Assembly: GCA_003971905.1 (NCBI GenBank)
Contig: RSEE01000030.1
Coordinates: 124,001 to 188,000, forward strand
Direction of reading: 5' to 3'
DNA length: 64,000 nt
Source of the DNA: Moniliella sp. 'wahieum'
Lineage: Eukaryota
Shown: positions 1 to 13,490 of the stretch, one piece after another
How positions within the stretch are numbered: position 1 is the first letter of the stretch
How the letters are laid out: every line of letters starts with the position of its first letter
Made by a program: the position numbers and the translations under genes
Notes under the pieces: model-generated
The model's database searches: none
What the model was told of the DNA's origin: nothing
The model's input: the letters and a program-made list of their open reading frames with translations, nothing else

Positions 1-207
1 GAGCATCCCAAGTATACAATAAGCAACCGAGCCAATGCAGACGCATGACGTCGAACCGGGCGGGCCAACGGGCATACGTATCCCCCCCCAAACTCGGGGA
101 AGCTAGAAGAACACAGACCACTGTCCGTAGATTGACAGTTCCTGCTCTCCCGGGACACACTCGCTGCGATTGCCTGCACCAACCAACGGTCCACTACATC
201 GCGCGTG

Positions 208-2359
208 TCAAGCAGGCCGTGTTGAGGAGGTGCGGGCATGGATGTGCACCAAGGCAGGAGAAGGGTCGGTTGAGTCGGCGGTCAAGCTGCTAGCAGCAGA
301 GGCAGCGTCCAACGCACGCCCCACTCCGGCAACTAGATCCGTCCCCCAGTCGCTCCACGCTTGAGCCAGCAAGGCGGCAATGGAGCCATCCAGGACCAAA
401 GCTGTTGCTTCTCGCGGCGACTGGGCCAACAGACGAGCGTCGTGCGCAGCAGGCAGTTCGCGTGATCGTACTGCTCCATCCCTCACAATGGACGCTCGTT
501 TCGAAACACGGGATCGAGGTGGACGCCTTCCATCTTGGTCCTGTCCGGCCTCCTCCTCTTCTCCCTCCTCCCGCTCCTCCTCTTCCTCCGCGCCCTCATC
601 TCCTCATCTCCCATCTCTTCTTCCTCTTCCACCTGGTCTTCCAGAATGTTGTCGTCGTCCAGGAGGAGCATCACGTCCCTCTCCCCGTCCGCATCTCGAA
701 TGCCCAGGGGGTGGCACCTAAGGGCCCCGTCAAAACAAACGAGAGCCATCCCCAGCCAGCAAATAGTACCGCAGGAAGGCAGCCAGGATGGCCATCAGTC
801 TCGCTGGTCGAGAAGGGCGCGAACGGGTAGCGAGGGGGTCAGCCCGAGCCCGCTCCGCGTCGGCCGGGGTGAGTGTGAAGAGGGATGCCTCGGTCGCCTC
901 TTCGTCTCCCAACGGCACTTCCGAGCGGGGACGTTGGCGCGCCTGTTTGCGCGCCAACTCATCTCGAACAAACACCCCTTCAGCTCAGCTGCCCGCTCCT
1001 CCACTCTCCTCCAATTGCCAAAATCAGCACTGGTCCAGGTGAGGGCACAACGATCGCTTGCCTGTCACAGCATCCGTGCTGGTCAGAGAAACGGTGGGCA
1101 GAGCTCGGGGGACGTCTCGGTAAACGGACGGGAACCCGCTTGGCCAACGCCGCTCCCACCTGCCCGTACCGCCCCGGCCGTGTCACCGGCCATGATATTG
1201 GTCAAGTCGACCAGCACATCAAAAAACCGCGGCCCGCTCCACCATCCCGGTCGGTCGTCACCGCTACCCAGCCCGCTTGGGCCGAGGGCATGAAACGAGG
1301 GTCGTCTTGAGGGAGAGAACGGATGCGGTCCTCTTCCTCCAAAGCAAAAAGGTCATGCAAGCTCAGATACCCACGATAGCGGGGCAGCATCGCGTGAGGA
1401 GCAGGATCGGAGCTGCCGTCCTGGCCAAGAGAGGCCAGGGAGCTGCGTCCTCGTTGGGAAATGTTGTCGAGCAGACTGAGAAGGTTGAGGGCAAACATGG
1501 AGGCCGTGTAGAGAGGGTTGCCGGGTGGACAATAGATCAAACCCTCCTCCCATACTCAGGACCAGTCTCGAGCGCACTCGGTTCCAAGGCCAAGTATTCG
1601 GGCAAGAGAAGCTTGATCAGCTTGGGGAGCAGCGGGCCAAAGCCGTAGTGGACCGCAGGAAGAAATAAGAGCGAATCGTACGAGGCTGGCAAGGCAGTGA
1701 CTAGCTGGGGCTGCGAAAACTGAGCATAAAAGTCCTTGATGAGCGTCGCAACTTGGCGAGCAGCAGCCTGCGCTCCAACCTCTTCCACTCCTCTTCACTT
1801 TCCCCGAATCCGAGCCAGCGTCAGGCAGATCGCTCTCGTCCTCAGCTAAAAGGAGTTGCACCAGAGTCAAGTCCAGCTCGGGACACGACGCAATCACAGC
1901 CGCAATCTCCTCGCCCAACTGACTCAATGGAGTGGTGTAGCGTATGCACCCCACCCGCTCTTCCCGCTCCCAATGGCTGGGGGGGTACTGGTCGTCGACC
2001 GGGTGCGAGGTAACGACACCGACACAAAAAAGTGGGCGCCCCGCTGGGATGCGCGTGCGTCGGCGCCGAGACGTACGTTGTGGAACGAGGCAACCCCAAG
2101 GCTCTTTATGGGCGACTCGAAGATACTGCGAGGGAGTCAGTGGCTCGCTCGTTCGTGATCGCCGGACCCGGGGCCAGTGCGCAGGGGCGAAAGGGAGCAC
2201 GCACATCAGGTCATTGGCAAGCGCATGGCCGCCCGCCGGCAGCGTCTTGCCCTCCAGCCCATCGACGATGGCGTGCGGCGGGTAGCGGCAGGCGATCTCT
2301 GAGCCGCGGGTCACGTGGAATTGGGACACAAAGACAGCACCAACGGTCAGCGCGGCCAT
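208..2359 (-). CDS. DENN-domain protein, DENND11/LCHN (Anr2, DUF2347)-like; frameshifted, 3' end uncertain
   Basis: N-terminus MAALTVGAVFVSQFHVTRGSEIACRYP..VDGLEGKTLPAGGHALANDL resembles the uDENN motif F...G..I......L.G.E.K.LP.G.H....D. There is a GTGCGT..CTGAC..CAG intron near 2127-2205. Downstream fragments (FGPLLPKLIKLLL, RVIYCPP, GYLSLHDL) fit a cDENN region. Confidence 0.6.
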
Positions 2360-2865
2360 GGCGGTTCGGGCACAAAGCACAGCCGAGCAGATGGTGGTCG
2401 GCGGCGCCCAGCTGAGCTCCACGTTCGCCTCGGCTGCTCGCCCCTCCAGCCCACCCAGGCCCCCCAGGCCGATGCCCCCAGCGCTCGGGGCAGCGCGGAT
2501 GACGTAACGACAGGGCCATTGAATAGTGAGGGCGTGGCGAGCAGTTTATTTAAACTGGCCTGCCTCCGACGACGGCGGCCCAACAACCGCTGCGAGCACA
2601 GGCGTCATAGTAAACGTCATTCGCCAAGCAGGCTGTAATCTGGTCTCGGGCCTGAGCAGGCCTGGATGTCCATATACTTGTGCCAGAGCCACACTGGTCG
2701 CCGGTACTCAGTACTCAAGGTATTAACTCAATTGAGTGTACTCAATCTGAGTATCTCTGTGAGTCCTTCAGCCACCGAGTACTGAGTCGCAGCCCTCACT
2801 ACCTGACCACTGCTGCAGCCAGCATCTGGGCCATGAGAGGCAGTAGAAGGGTGTGGATCGAGGAC

Positions 2866-4410
2866 CTTGGATTAGATTGATTAGAAGATCCCTTGGTGGT
2901 TGTGTCTCCGGGATTACCGGCCGGCGGGGTTATTGGGGAGTATAGCAGGTTGCGTTTTCGGGCGGCCGATCCCCGCGGTGGGCGCATTAGAGGTGGTTGA
3001 GGCTTGGGGTTTTGATGGGATATAACGAGCTCAACGGCATCCGTTGCTTGTCTCCTTTCCCCCACCTTGTTTGGCTTCAATTGCCCCCTCACTAGCTCAC
3101 TCCTACCCGGCTTCGGGCAATCTCGACTGCTCATACTCACTGCTTCCCTCTCTGCCCTCGCCATAATTCCCGGTGTGCTTCTCTCTGCCACAGACCGTAG
3201 TTTGTCCACCACAGTCTGACTCTGTCGGCCATCGCAACAGTTGTTAGTGATGAAATTGGCGGCTGGAAGAATCTGCCGCCATGACACCCCCAGTGAGAGC
3301 ATATGCCGCAGGTCAATCGTCCATATATATATATACTTCCGTGTATACCACCTCCCCAGCGGCCACCATATCCTTGAGCGCCTGCTCGGCAATGAACAAG
3401 GATTGAATCTCGGCACTTTGACTGGGCTCAGTGCCGCGAAGCGCTTCGGATCCGTTCACGTGGACCTATTCGTTTTGGACGGTTGCCGCCAACATTCCCA
3501 ACTCTCTTGCCACCTCGTTTGGCACCACGCTTGTCATGGGCCTCGGATACACGGCGAACCAGTCGTTGATTCTGGTGACACCGCTGGGCGCGTAGTAGTA
3601 GAAGTGGTTGTGCTCATTGGGTTCAGCTGGCTCGCGTCAAGGACAAACCAGCGGATTTTCTGGGTATTATGGGTCACATTCCTGACTTTGTAGGGGCGGT
3701 CCTGATGGCCACGACGGGCAAGGTGCCGGCATTGATTGGACTTTTCCTAACGGGTACCATTCCTCTGGGATGGGTTACCATCTTGGGACTTACCTCGTCC
3801 AACGTTGGAGGAGCGAGTAAGAAAATTACGGTTTCAGCCACATCCAGACTGTGGCCTACACCATCGGCGTACGTGCGGGCTTTTTTCTCTTCTTTTCTGT
3901 GGACAGATCGACTAACTTTTCATCTCGCATCTTAATTTTTGCATCTCCCCACATCTCCCCAGAACATCATCTCGCTTCAGATCATGACAACAACACGGCT
4001 CCCCGTTACCTGCCTGCCAAGATCGCCATTGCCATCATCTATTTCATCTGTGCTCTGGACTTTGCACTGATTTGGTACCTCTTTGCCCGAGGAGAACCGC
4101 AAACGCCACCAGGCCAAGGAGGAAGCGATTGCCAACGGCACATACGAGCCACCAACTAAAAACCACGACTTCCTCAACTTGACCGACCGGTCCAACCCTG
4201 AGTTCCGGTACAGTGTCTAGCGTTGTAATACCAACCCTCTCCCCTGCGCCGAAATGTCGGCGACAGATCCAGAAGTCTAATCTCGCTCTCCCTCAGTGTG
4301 CGCCAACAACTAAACTGCATTATTTGGCTCCTTTACGACTGATTGATTGGCTACGAACCCTTTTCTCAATCTCTCCCGCGGGTCGCGAACGGACCCATGT
4401 GTGCTGTGTG
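2866..4410 (+). pseudogene. 5'-deleted inverted duplicate of the allantoate-permease gene at 46660-48380, retaining the promoter and the 3' third of the CDS
   Basis: Aligns by eye to the reverse complement of 46450-48794. At about 3373/3374 it jumps from the 5' UTR (ccaccatatcc, about 48412) to codons ERL.GNEQG (about 47491), losing the ATG and about 300 codons. It keeps an intron at 3869-3962 and the C-terminus NLTDRSNPEFRYSV* (stop at 4220). Confidence 0.85.
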
Positions 4411-5845
4411 ATCCTTTACGCACGCTTATGCGGAGTGTTTAGCACTGATCGCGAGAAACTGAGGCATGTCATGCCGCTGTGACACATGAGGAGTGCGGGA
4501 GGCCGTATGGATGGGGGATCGGTGGGTAAACGGGGGTTGATTAATGATTCTGGATGGCACCTGCACTGGGATCTGGTGTTGGTTGAACGTTGATGGATGC
4601 TGGATGATGGATGGGGATAGTCGATAGTGGTGGTTGATGCATGATGTGTGCTGAGGCTCGGCGTCCGCGCTGCGAGGGGGGATTTGGAGTGACTAGTGAC
4701 GGCATTCTCCGACATAAATTGCCGAGAACGAGGAAGCGGGCACGGAGACAGTCGTGTGGACCGCACGTTGCAACACTGTCCCAGCCCTGCGCCGGCCTGT
4801 GCCGGCGCCTTCAAGTTGGAAAGAGGCCGCGGCTCGCTTTGCAGGCACAGCGGCGGTGACAGCACCGCCGCGTTGCGCTTATAAGGGTGCCGGATCGGCG
4901 CTTGAAAATTCAGCTGAATGTTCAGCCGAAGGTGTGATGCACCGCTGCTGCTCAGCCGAGAGCTCAGGCGCGCCACTCGGCACCACACGCCATGCATCAT
5001 GCATCATCCATGCATCATCCTTCAATTTCATCCCCCTGGCCCGCAACCATCTGATGCGGTGAACATGACGGGTGATTGTCACTTGTGATGTGGGGCTTTT
5101 TTTTTTTCTTTCTCATTTTATAGAAGAACACAGGGGCCTTAGGATACTACCTGTGGGTTACCAACGGGCTACGCATCGTTGCGCGTTACTCATTGGTCGA
5201 TTATCCACGCGCACGTCCCTCATGCATCGCGCCGTATGCACCCTCCTGCGGCTGCCACGGTGCGACGGAGCACGCGCTACTGACTAGCTCAGCGCTCAGC
5301 GCGCCCGTAACGATAGTGACGATCGGAGCTTGTTCACCGTATGGCACATGTTGATTTTGGCATGGCGTTTTGCCTGGGCGTCCCCGACGCTCCCCACCTG
5401 CCGTCTCCGCTGGGCCTTTCATTTTCCACCGGGCGCAGCGTGATGCGTGACACCACACGCGCTCCCGGCTGCTCTCGGCCACACGCCGCCTGCCGGACTC
5501 GGCGAGGAGAGACAGCAAATTGTGCGCACGCACCAAGCGCTCCCGCGCTGGCACCGCAGCCGTGCCCTGCTGTGCGCCCAACACGGCGACACACCTCGGA
5601 CGGTGGTTGTTGCTAAGAACGCTGGGCCCTGTCTGTCCCCAGGAACAATCGCTCGCACCCCACACTCGCCATCTGCTGCCCCCGCATTTTTTTTCTGCGC
5701 CTTGCTCGTGCACCCTCCCGGATATTTACACTTCTGCTCCGCTTCCTACATGCCCCGCCTGCTCCCTTTTAAGCGCCTACTCTTCCCCCACCGACCAGCG
5801 CAGACTACCCATCTCCTTCTTTCTCCCTCCGCCCTCTTTCCCACC

Positions 5846-6979
5846 ATGGCCGGCCCAAATACTGCATCTTCCACGCAGCCACCCGACCCGCGGCCCTGCG
5901 CCACGCGGCCTCGGACAGTGTGCTGGCGGTGGTGCGCCTCCGCTGCGTCTGTTGTCCTCCTTGCCCGAATGCTGGGGCCATCGTGGCGCATCCGGTGCGT
6001 TCCCCGAGAACACCATGGCTTCATTTGATGCCGCCGTGCGGGACGGCGCGGATGGGATTGAGACGGATGTGCACATTACCAAGGACAATGTGATTGTCGT
6101 TCCACGACTCGGTTCTGGGTCGTACGACGAATGGCTCGGGCCAAATCTCGGCGCAAAACTATGTGGGTGGGATTGACCAAGTTCGCACGGTGCAAGAGCC
6201 CGTGCAGAAGATTCCGACGTTCAATGAGCTGTGCGACTTTCTCATGCTCCCTGAAAACCGGCACGTCAAGGCCAACATTGATGTCAAGCCGGACAACAAC
6301 CCCGGACCGGCTGTTTCGTCTGATGAAGGGTGTGGTGAGCCAGCATGAGGGCTATGAGACGCAGTTGGCACCCCGCCTGGTACTGGGTCTGTGGCATCCC
6401 AAGTTCATTGCCTCTGCCATTGAGCACGTTCCGACCCTGCGCCGCATCCACATTGGTGGCAGCCCCTCCAAGGCACGCAAGTACTTCTGGCAAGGGTGTG
6501 ATGGCTTTAGCATGTCCTTTGCCTCGCTTGTCGGGGCCGAGGGCCAGCGGTTTCTGCGTGACGCTCAGGCCGAGGGGAAGCACGTGTACGTCTGGACCGT
6601 CAACCGACCCGATGAGATGGTCGAGGCAACTCGATGGGGTGTCAATGCAGTTTTGACGGACAATACCGAGCTGTTCCAGCGCTTGCGCAACGAAATGAGG
6701 CAAGACTTTGCCAAGATTTACCACCGCAACGTGCCCGCCTTGTTCCGCTGGACCACTTGGCAATATTATGGAGTGCCGCAGTTCCTCATCCAGCGCAACT
6801 GGCACGCCGACGCTGAGAAGCGGGCGGGGAGACGTTTGACGAGGCCCAGGCTCGTGATCACCAACGTTCCACTACGCTTCCCCCGTGCCGTCGGAGGATA
6901 CGTGCATTGCCACCCCCCCTACCAAAGCGATTGCCGAGACGGAGAGCCGATGCCCTCGGTCGAGCCTTTGCAGCACTAA
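5846..6979 (+). CDS. Glycerophosphodiester phosphodiesterase, Pgc1-like phospholipase C; frameshifted
   Basis: GDPD motifs CWGHRGASGAFPENTMASF, DGIETDVH.TKD, NIDVK and VYVWTVN..W.V..VLTD are spread over three frames. Confidence 0.85.
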
Positions 6980-7900
6980 CCCCTCACCCCTTCACCTTTT
7001 TCTATAATCCCACTCTCTCCCCCCCCCCTCACCCCGCAACCTACAGTCCCTTTATCCCTCTTTGTACTCTATACCAAATCTCTCTCGATTCCTGTCCCTC
7101 TCCAGCAAAAGCGCATGTACTCTTAGCTGCTTCTCCCACCCAGAATGCTTAACAATCTCACGCGCTTTGCCACTATGGCTGCAGTAACCCAGGCTGATTT
7201 GACTGTCAGATGAGCCCGTCACGGTCGAAACGGGGCGTAGTACACTGTGCCTTTTTTATGCAAGTGCTACTTCAATTGGCTTCACCCCCCCTTTCAGCCC
7301 ATCATTATCTTACGGTGCGACCTATCTTTCTCTTTCATCTCAGCCGATGAACTGTCTGTTCCGTTGATCCCACTGGGGCACAATGGACTTGCAAAAAGGA
7401 TACATGTGTCCGTCCATCTTGGTGGCTTGTGGTGGCGACAGGGAAAAAAATTGATCGAACCCGGGACCTTACGCGTCTCAACGAGACCTGTTGCTCCAGG
7501 ATGTGAAGCGTACGTCATGACCACTAGACCATCCGACCGTGATGCTTTCCGTCAACTTCCGCTTACACATACCTCGCGGAGCCCACTACTACTCTCTCAC
7601 ACAGTTTTCTTCACCAGCCAAAGGCACGGCCAGTAGCAAAAGAAACTCGCCCGCGTGAGCATCGCTTCGATCGAAGCCATGCGACTGGGCAAATTGGTTA
7701 CCTGTGCGCGAGGGACGGCAGACGTTATGGAAGGGAGCACCTATTGACTGTACGATGCAGGCTGTCCAAGCAAACAATGAGGCAAAACCGAGGTACTCTT
7801 TGATGAGAAAAGGGCAAGAACTATCGATTCACCAAGCCAGCCTAGGGATGCGAGAGGAGGAAATGTAATGCTGCACTGAGGATGGGGAGGAACAACAAGG

Positions 7901-7948
7901 AGGGTAGGGGGTAGGGGGGTAGGGGGGTAGGGGGGTAGGGAGGTGGGG
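7901..7948 (+). repeat. (GGGGGGTA)n G-rich tandem repeat, potential G-quadruplex
   Basis: agggtagggggtaggggggtaggggggtaggggggtagggaggtgggg. Confidence 0.8.
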
Positions 7949-8079
7949 ACGATTTTAGTGAGGGCGCTCAGGCGGGGCAAGGAGCGAGAGGGGATCTGCT
8001 CGAGCGGGGCTCAGTTCACCATCCAGCACCAACGGCGACACGGACGGAGTCGTGATTTCTTGTGGCCTGGGCGCGCGGA

Positions 8080-10273
8080 CTACGAAGCAGAGGCGAGCCA
8101 CCGAGCTCGGCAGAAAACGTTCGGCGGTGCAGTTGACGTCGGAGGGAAGGGGAGTGTGGTGGTGCCAAACGCACGCGCACACGGCGGGTCCTCCGACCCC
8201 GACCCAGGACCCCCAGGTACAGTCGCAGCAGCTCCCTGCCGGTTCAGCGCAGGGGAACAGCCGGCCAAACCTGCTACAACTGGCGATTGAGGTAGCAGCG
8301 CACTGCCTTTACGCGCTGACACAGCTTTGGGCGAAAGCGGTTCGTCCGCCACGCCGTACGTAGGCGTGTGGACCCGTAGTGGAGATGGAGGGGGGCAGTG
8401 GGGGCTAGAGAGGGTGGTCTTGCCCCGGTCATGGACGGCAGGGAGGAGCGAAGTGCGTGCGGGGTGGTACTGATGGCAAGCCCGTCGTTGGCCGTAGGAT
8501 TGGCAGGAGAGACGGGTGGTAGGGTGGAGTGGGGAGACACGCCAGCTTGGCGGGCGGACAGGCGGTGGGGGTGTAGCAGAACACCGATCAAGCTCTGGCG
8601 AAAAATAGATGCTAGCGGGGGAAGTGGTATGGGTAAGGGACAAAGGCGAGTCCTGACACGCCTCACTGCGCCCCGGCCCCAGACCAGGTGTGGGGGGTGG
8701 GCCAGGGTAAGGCGTCGACGCCGGCACTGGTGCGGGTACTGGCACTGGCACAGATGCGACGGCCGTCAGGGCTGTTAGGTGACGTTCCCATTCGACCAGC
8801 TGGTATAAAAGCGCACAGTTGGGCGAGATGGCTGGGGAGGCCTCCTTGACACGCGTATACGCGTCATGCATGCCCCGTAACGAAGCCAACAGGGCTGGAT
8901 GATGACCCAGCGCAGCCGACTGCATCACATAGGCAATCACTGCTGTGGCCGAGCGCGAGATGCCTAATTGGCAGTGAACCAGCACCGCCGGCTTGGATGG
9001 CGCCCGGTCGACGAGATGGGTGCCATGTTCAACTCGGTGCTGGCCGGCCTGTGAGGAGGCCCTGGCCATCAACGGCCAAGCCCAATCCAGCAGCAATTAC
9101 CCCGCACGCAGCTGAGAACCCCCCTTGGGGAGAAGCCAGGTCTGGTTGATCGTGCGACCAGGGGAGAAGCACACACTGAATGGGCCATGGCAGGGATGAA
9201 GATGGGTCAGGAGGAATCGTGGCTGTGCTCGTGCCAGCAGGAAGGGGGCGCCGCTTCTTGTGGAAGGAGGCGTAACTGATGCGCGAAGGTTGGGTGTGGA
9301 AGCTGCAAGGCGAAGAGGGGTGTGTGGGCTGCGCGGTGGCGTGGAGGAGGTGGGGGAAAGAACACAGACACCGGGTGGTGGGTGAAGATTGGATGGGCCA
9401 GTTGCTGTGGCTGCGGGGGAGGTGCAGGACGTGGATGTCAATACGGGGGGGAACTGGCACTCGGATGCAACGGTAAGGATGGTGGTGATGCCGCAGCGCG
9501 CAAGGACGGTCGGGTCATGTGCTGTCTGCTCGCCGGAAAGAAAGAGGCGTGGGAGGATCTGGACTGGGCCGGACGCATATGCGCTAGCGGCAAGCGCAAG
9601 AGATGCATCCTCTCCTGCGTCGATGGAAAGAGCGGGCGGGGCGAGACGACCAAAGGAGGAGAGATTCCAGCTGTGGCCAAGGGAGCCGCAAGCGGGGCAT
9701 GGCTGCTGATCCCAGGCGCCAGTACGAGGCGGGGCGGAGCACGCCGGCGGCGAAGCCCTGGGAGCCTGGTGGACGAGTTTGTGCCAGGAGGGGAAGGGGC
9801 CGAAGGGGAGCTGGGACTGGCGCGGGGATTGGGCGTAGGGACGAGCGGAGAGGGGCGGCGTGAAGCCCGCGGGTGGGCGGGGAGTGGGCAAGCATCGGCG
9901 CCAGGACAGAAGGGCTAGTGGGGGGGGGGACAGAGAAGGTGAGGAGGGGGGTGATGCTCGTGGCCGGGGCGGCGGTGCTCAGGTGGGGTGTGGCGGATGG
10001 GAGGGTGGCGGCGTTGCAGCCTGCGGGAGCTGGAGCGTGCTGGCGCACTGCCGGAGGGAGTTGGGGTTGCGTTGGAGTTGGAGTTGGAGTTGGGCTGTGG
10101 CAAGCGCCGGTGATCACGCGCAGCGAGGTGGGCCGGGAGGAGACCGCCTGAGTGCGTGGTGCGGCAGGGGCACGGCGGCAGCCTGGGCACATTGCATGCC
10201 TTTGGCCGGGCGCTGTGCGCTGTCGCGTGCTGCAGACGTGCTGCAAGTGTGCGGCAGCAGCGCGGCGGCACAT
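8080..10273 (-). CDS. Dual-specificity protein phosphatase (MAPK-phosphatase-like); boundaries approximate
   Basis: GPVQILPRLFLSGE..A....L...GITTILTVASEC, the catalytic loop VLVHCQLGISRSAT.VIAYVM, and AY.RVK..SP.ISPN..L..QL.EWE. Confidence 0.85.
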
Positions 10274-11930
10274 GCCTGCATCCCGAACATCCTACACGGG
10301 GCCGCTCTGGCCGGCGCATCATCGACACTGCCTCGGCTGCTGGTGTTCCTCGTCTGCAATCACATTAATCACAGATCCCAGACTTCTGACGTGCGAGCGC
10401 TGATCAGATCATCGATCATCATCACTGGTATCATCGGTCACCAGTCACCGATCACACCTTCGGATTGCCCCCCAAGAGTGCTGGTGCTGAGCGGCTAAGC
10501 GCTGAATTTGCTTTTGAGACATGCGATCTGTGACATGTGACATGTGGTTACTAGGTTACTACCTAGTGGCTAGTGGCTAGCGGCTACATCACCCACGCGC
10601 TGCCATCGGGAGCGGTTGGTTGAGCTGGGTTATGTCCACGGGTATCCAGTTTCCGACTTGCGTTTCTCTTCTGTCGCTATTTGATGGCACCCCATTCCCC
10701 CATACAGCCGCTAGCCAAGCAATTACTCATCATGCGGCACAGCAGGCAGCTCCAGGCGGCCACCCATCCCACAGACAGTATAGCTTTTGCCACAGCGCAT
10801 TCTAACAGCAGATGGCTGCTCTCCATCCACATTGCTCGGGGATATGGATCAGTAAGAGGAAGGTAACCGCTAATTAAAGACGAGCAACCTGGAACCCACT
10901 GCCCCTCTTCCGCCACACTGCCAAGGTCTGCAAGCACGAACCAGGGGATAGAGTCCGATGGCCACTCTGTGGTGCATCGGTAGCCTGCGACACCGCCACG
11001 CCATTGCCACGCCCTGCTCCACATGCAGCGCCACACACTGTGCCTTAGGCCTTAGGCCTTATGCGCGATGCCCTGCGATGCCTTGCGATGCCTCGTCGTA
11101 CATTCCGCCCATTCCGCCCGCCTCTTGATGTTCCACATTCAATGAGGCTTCACACCGTCGCCCCCTGCCACGCCCACCCCCCAGCCCCCATTAGCCACAC
11201 AATGGACTCCCACAGCCCCCAGCACAAGCTGCACCAGGGGCACTAACCATAACCCTTTCAGGACGTTTGCAATAGTCCGCCGGCACCTGCATGTTGCTTT
11301 CCGCACAGCCTTTGAGGGTTCTAATATATAATCCACATCCATGCAGGCACTACCCGCTTTCTCCCCGCCATTGTCATGTGCGACAGTGTCATAGACTACC
11401 AACGGCACCTGTCTGACTGAGTAGGGCGTGGTGAAAACCGATTCGTAAAGTTGCCGTTGGGAAAGGGAGGGAGTCCAAGGTCCTGTCAGAGGCGGGGGGA
11501 AAGGCAAGATCGTTCGTGGGAGGAAACAGAAAGCATCGGGCACAGAGACAGAAGCAAAAGGAAAGGGAAGAGCGAGAGACACAGGATGCAGAATTGGAAA
11601 CTGGAGCGAGCTTAGTCATTCGGTGACAAAAGGTTGGCTGCCCTTCCATTGGCACTGGCCTTCACATTGGCCGCAGCCAGGTGAACTATCACACTACATG
11701 TGATGAACATCAGTATCGCTATGCCGAACGGCCGCTATGTCTATGCTCAAGTCCTCAAGCCCGACTGATTAGGGGATGATCCTCTCAATGCCGCGTCAAG
11801 CTTCAAGGCGCTCAACCATGCGCTGTTCACATTGTCTTCTTTTGACTGTTAGGCTGATGGTACTGGGCTGGCCTTTGTGGCGCCAAATCGTTCTCATGAA
11901 TTCTCGGATTTACCCTGTCTCGCCGTCGGT

Positions 11931-13490
11931 TCACTTGGGCAGTGTCACCTCTTTCTCGTTGATGCGGCGACACAGTTCCTTCAGAGCCTACAGAGAGACC
12001 AGTCAGCTCTTTTCTTGATCGAGAGCCCATAACAGGAGAACCTCACGTACCTGGGCGCCATACAAAAAGTCCGACTCGTCCAAGATACCTGGCTCGACAA
12101 GCGTGCCCATAGCTGGCCGCCTGTTTCAAAGACGGGGATGAGTGTTAAACTCGTCATACAGGTGAGTCTGGATGTAATCGTTCACGCCCCCTGAGTCCAA
12201 CCGTCACCCCAGACGGGGCGCTGGCCCAAACGTCTTGCTGTAGCGGAAGTTGAACATTGGCAGTAATGTAAGTCAGCTGGTCCGGGTCGCCTCCCTCACC
12301 CGCTTCAGCAGCAGTGAGGCGCATGCTCCGCGTTCCCAGTTCCCGAGCAGCTACCTCACCTCCTTCAATGGACAGTTTGCGAAGGTAAGTGTGAATGCGC
12401 GCCTCGCCCCCAATGCGTTCATAAAAGTCCAGAGCCGAGTTGATTGCCAGCGCATGGGCCATATCGTTCGTCCCGGGGAAGGCCCACATGGCGCTCCAAG
12501 AGGGAGCCCACGTCGTCGGCACCGAACTCAGCACCTTGTCCCGATTCTTGGGGGCTACATAGAGCACCGCGTTTCCCCGCGGGCATACTGCCACTTGTGT
12601 GCATTCGACACGAAAAAGTCGGGCTGGAGCTTGCTCAAGTCCAGCGGGATACCACCCAAACCATGAGCCCCATCGACAAAGGTTAGTACGCCGTACTCAC
12701 GGAACAGGTCCGTCAGCTCGTAATGGCATGATAACCCCCGGCGGCTGGACACGGTATCAAACACGGCCATACGCGGCAACTTGCCCGCCACCTTCATTTC
12801 TTCCAATTTGGTCCGCGTCTGCTCCACAACCGCAGCCAAGCTGCAAGGATACTGGAGAGAGATCGTCTCAACCTTGGGAAGGGATGGCGGTACGAGCTCG
12901 ATCCTGAACGTACTCAATGGTACGCTGCAGGGAGGGGTAGACAGTCGAGTACGTCAGCACCACATCCCCCTCGACCCAGGGAAAGTCCCGGAGAACAGCG
13001 TTGGTGCCGGACGTCGCGTTGGCCGTGATGACAACCGTACCGGGCTCAGCGTGCAGGTAGGCTTCGAGGCGTGTGATCGCGCGCTGGAGCTCGGCCGGGC
13101 GGAAGCGAGTAAGAAACGCCTGGATCAGACGGGAGTTAGTAGGCTCGTCGAGGACGACGAGGTGGGCCGGGGGTTAGGAGGCGTACATCAGGAGCCGACT
13201 CGGCGCGGATTTGCAGTTGCTGCAGTGCCGTCAGAACAGGACGGGGACGGTAGTACCGTACCCGCCTAATCTGCGTCAGCCCCGGATTAGGCGCCACATG
13301 CCAAGAGGGGGACATACCACTATTGAGGTTGATGTACCCCGGCTGGAAGTCCCAGTGCTGAAGCATGGCGTGTCCAAACTCTGGATTTTCCTCTACAGTC
13401 AGGGCAATGGAGTTCGTCTTGTCGGCGATCCGCCTTTGGCGGCACAACCGAGGCCGGCTGAGCGACATTGGATTCATCCGGTGCGGCCAT
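11931..13490 (-). CDS. Class V PLP-dependent enzyme, Egt2 (hercynylcysteine sulfoxide lyase)/LolT-like; several introns
   Basis: FGH.ML..WDFQPGYINLNSG, AVFDTVSS, FVDGAHGLG.IPLDL..LQPDFFVSNAHKW (PLP lysine) and WARLSSQ.YLDESDF. The last exon is ALKELCRRINEKEVTLPK*. Confidence 0.8.

Noticed and set aside
11042..11061. TTAGGC(C) repeats as interstitial telomere sequence (also 24783-24810)
   Set aside because: The period is 7 (AGGCCT+N), not TTAGGG. It fits the palindromic heptamer class instead.
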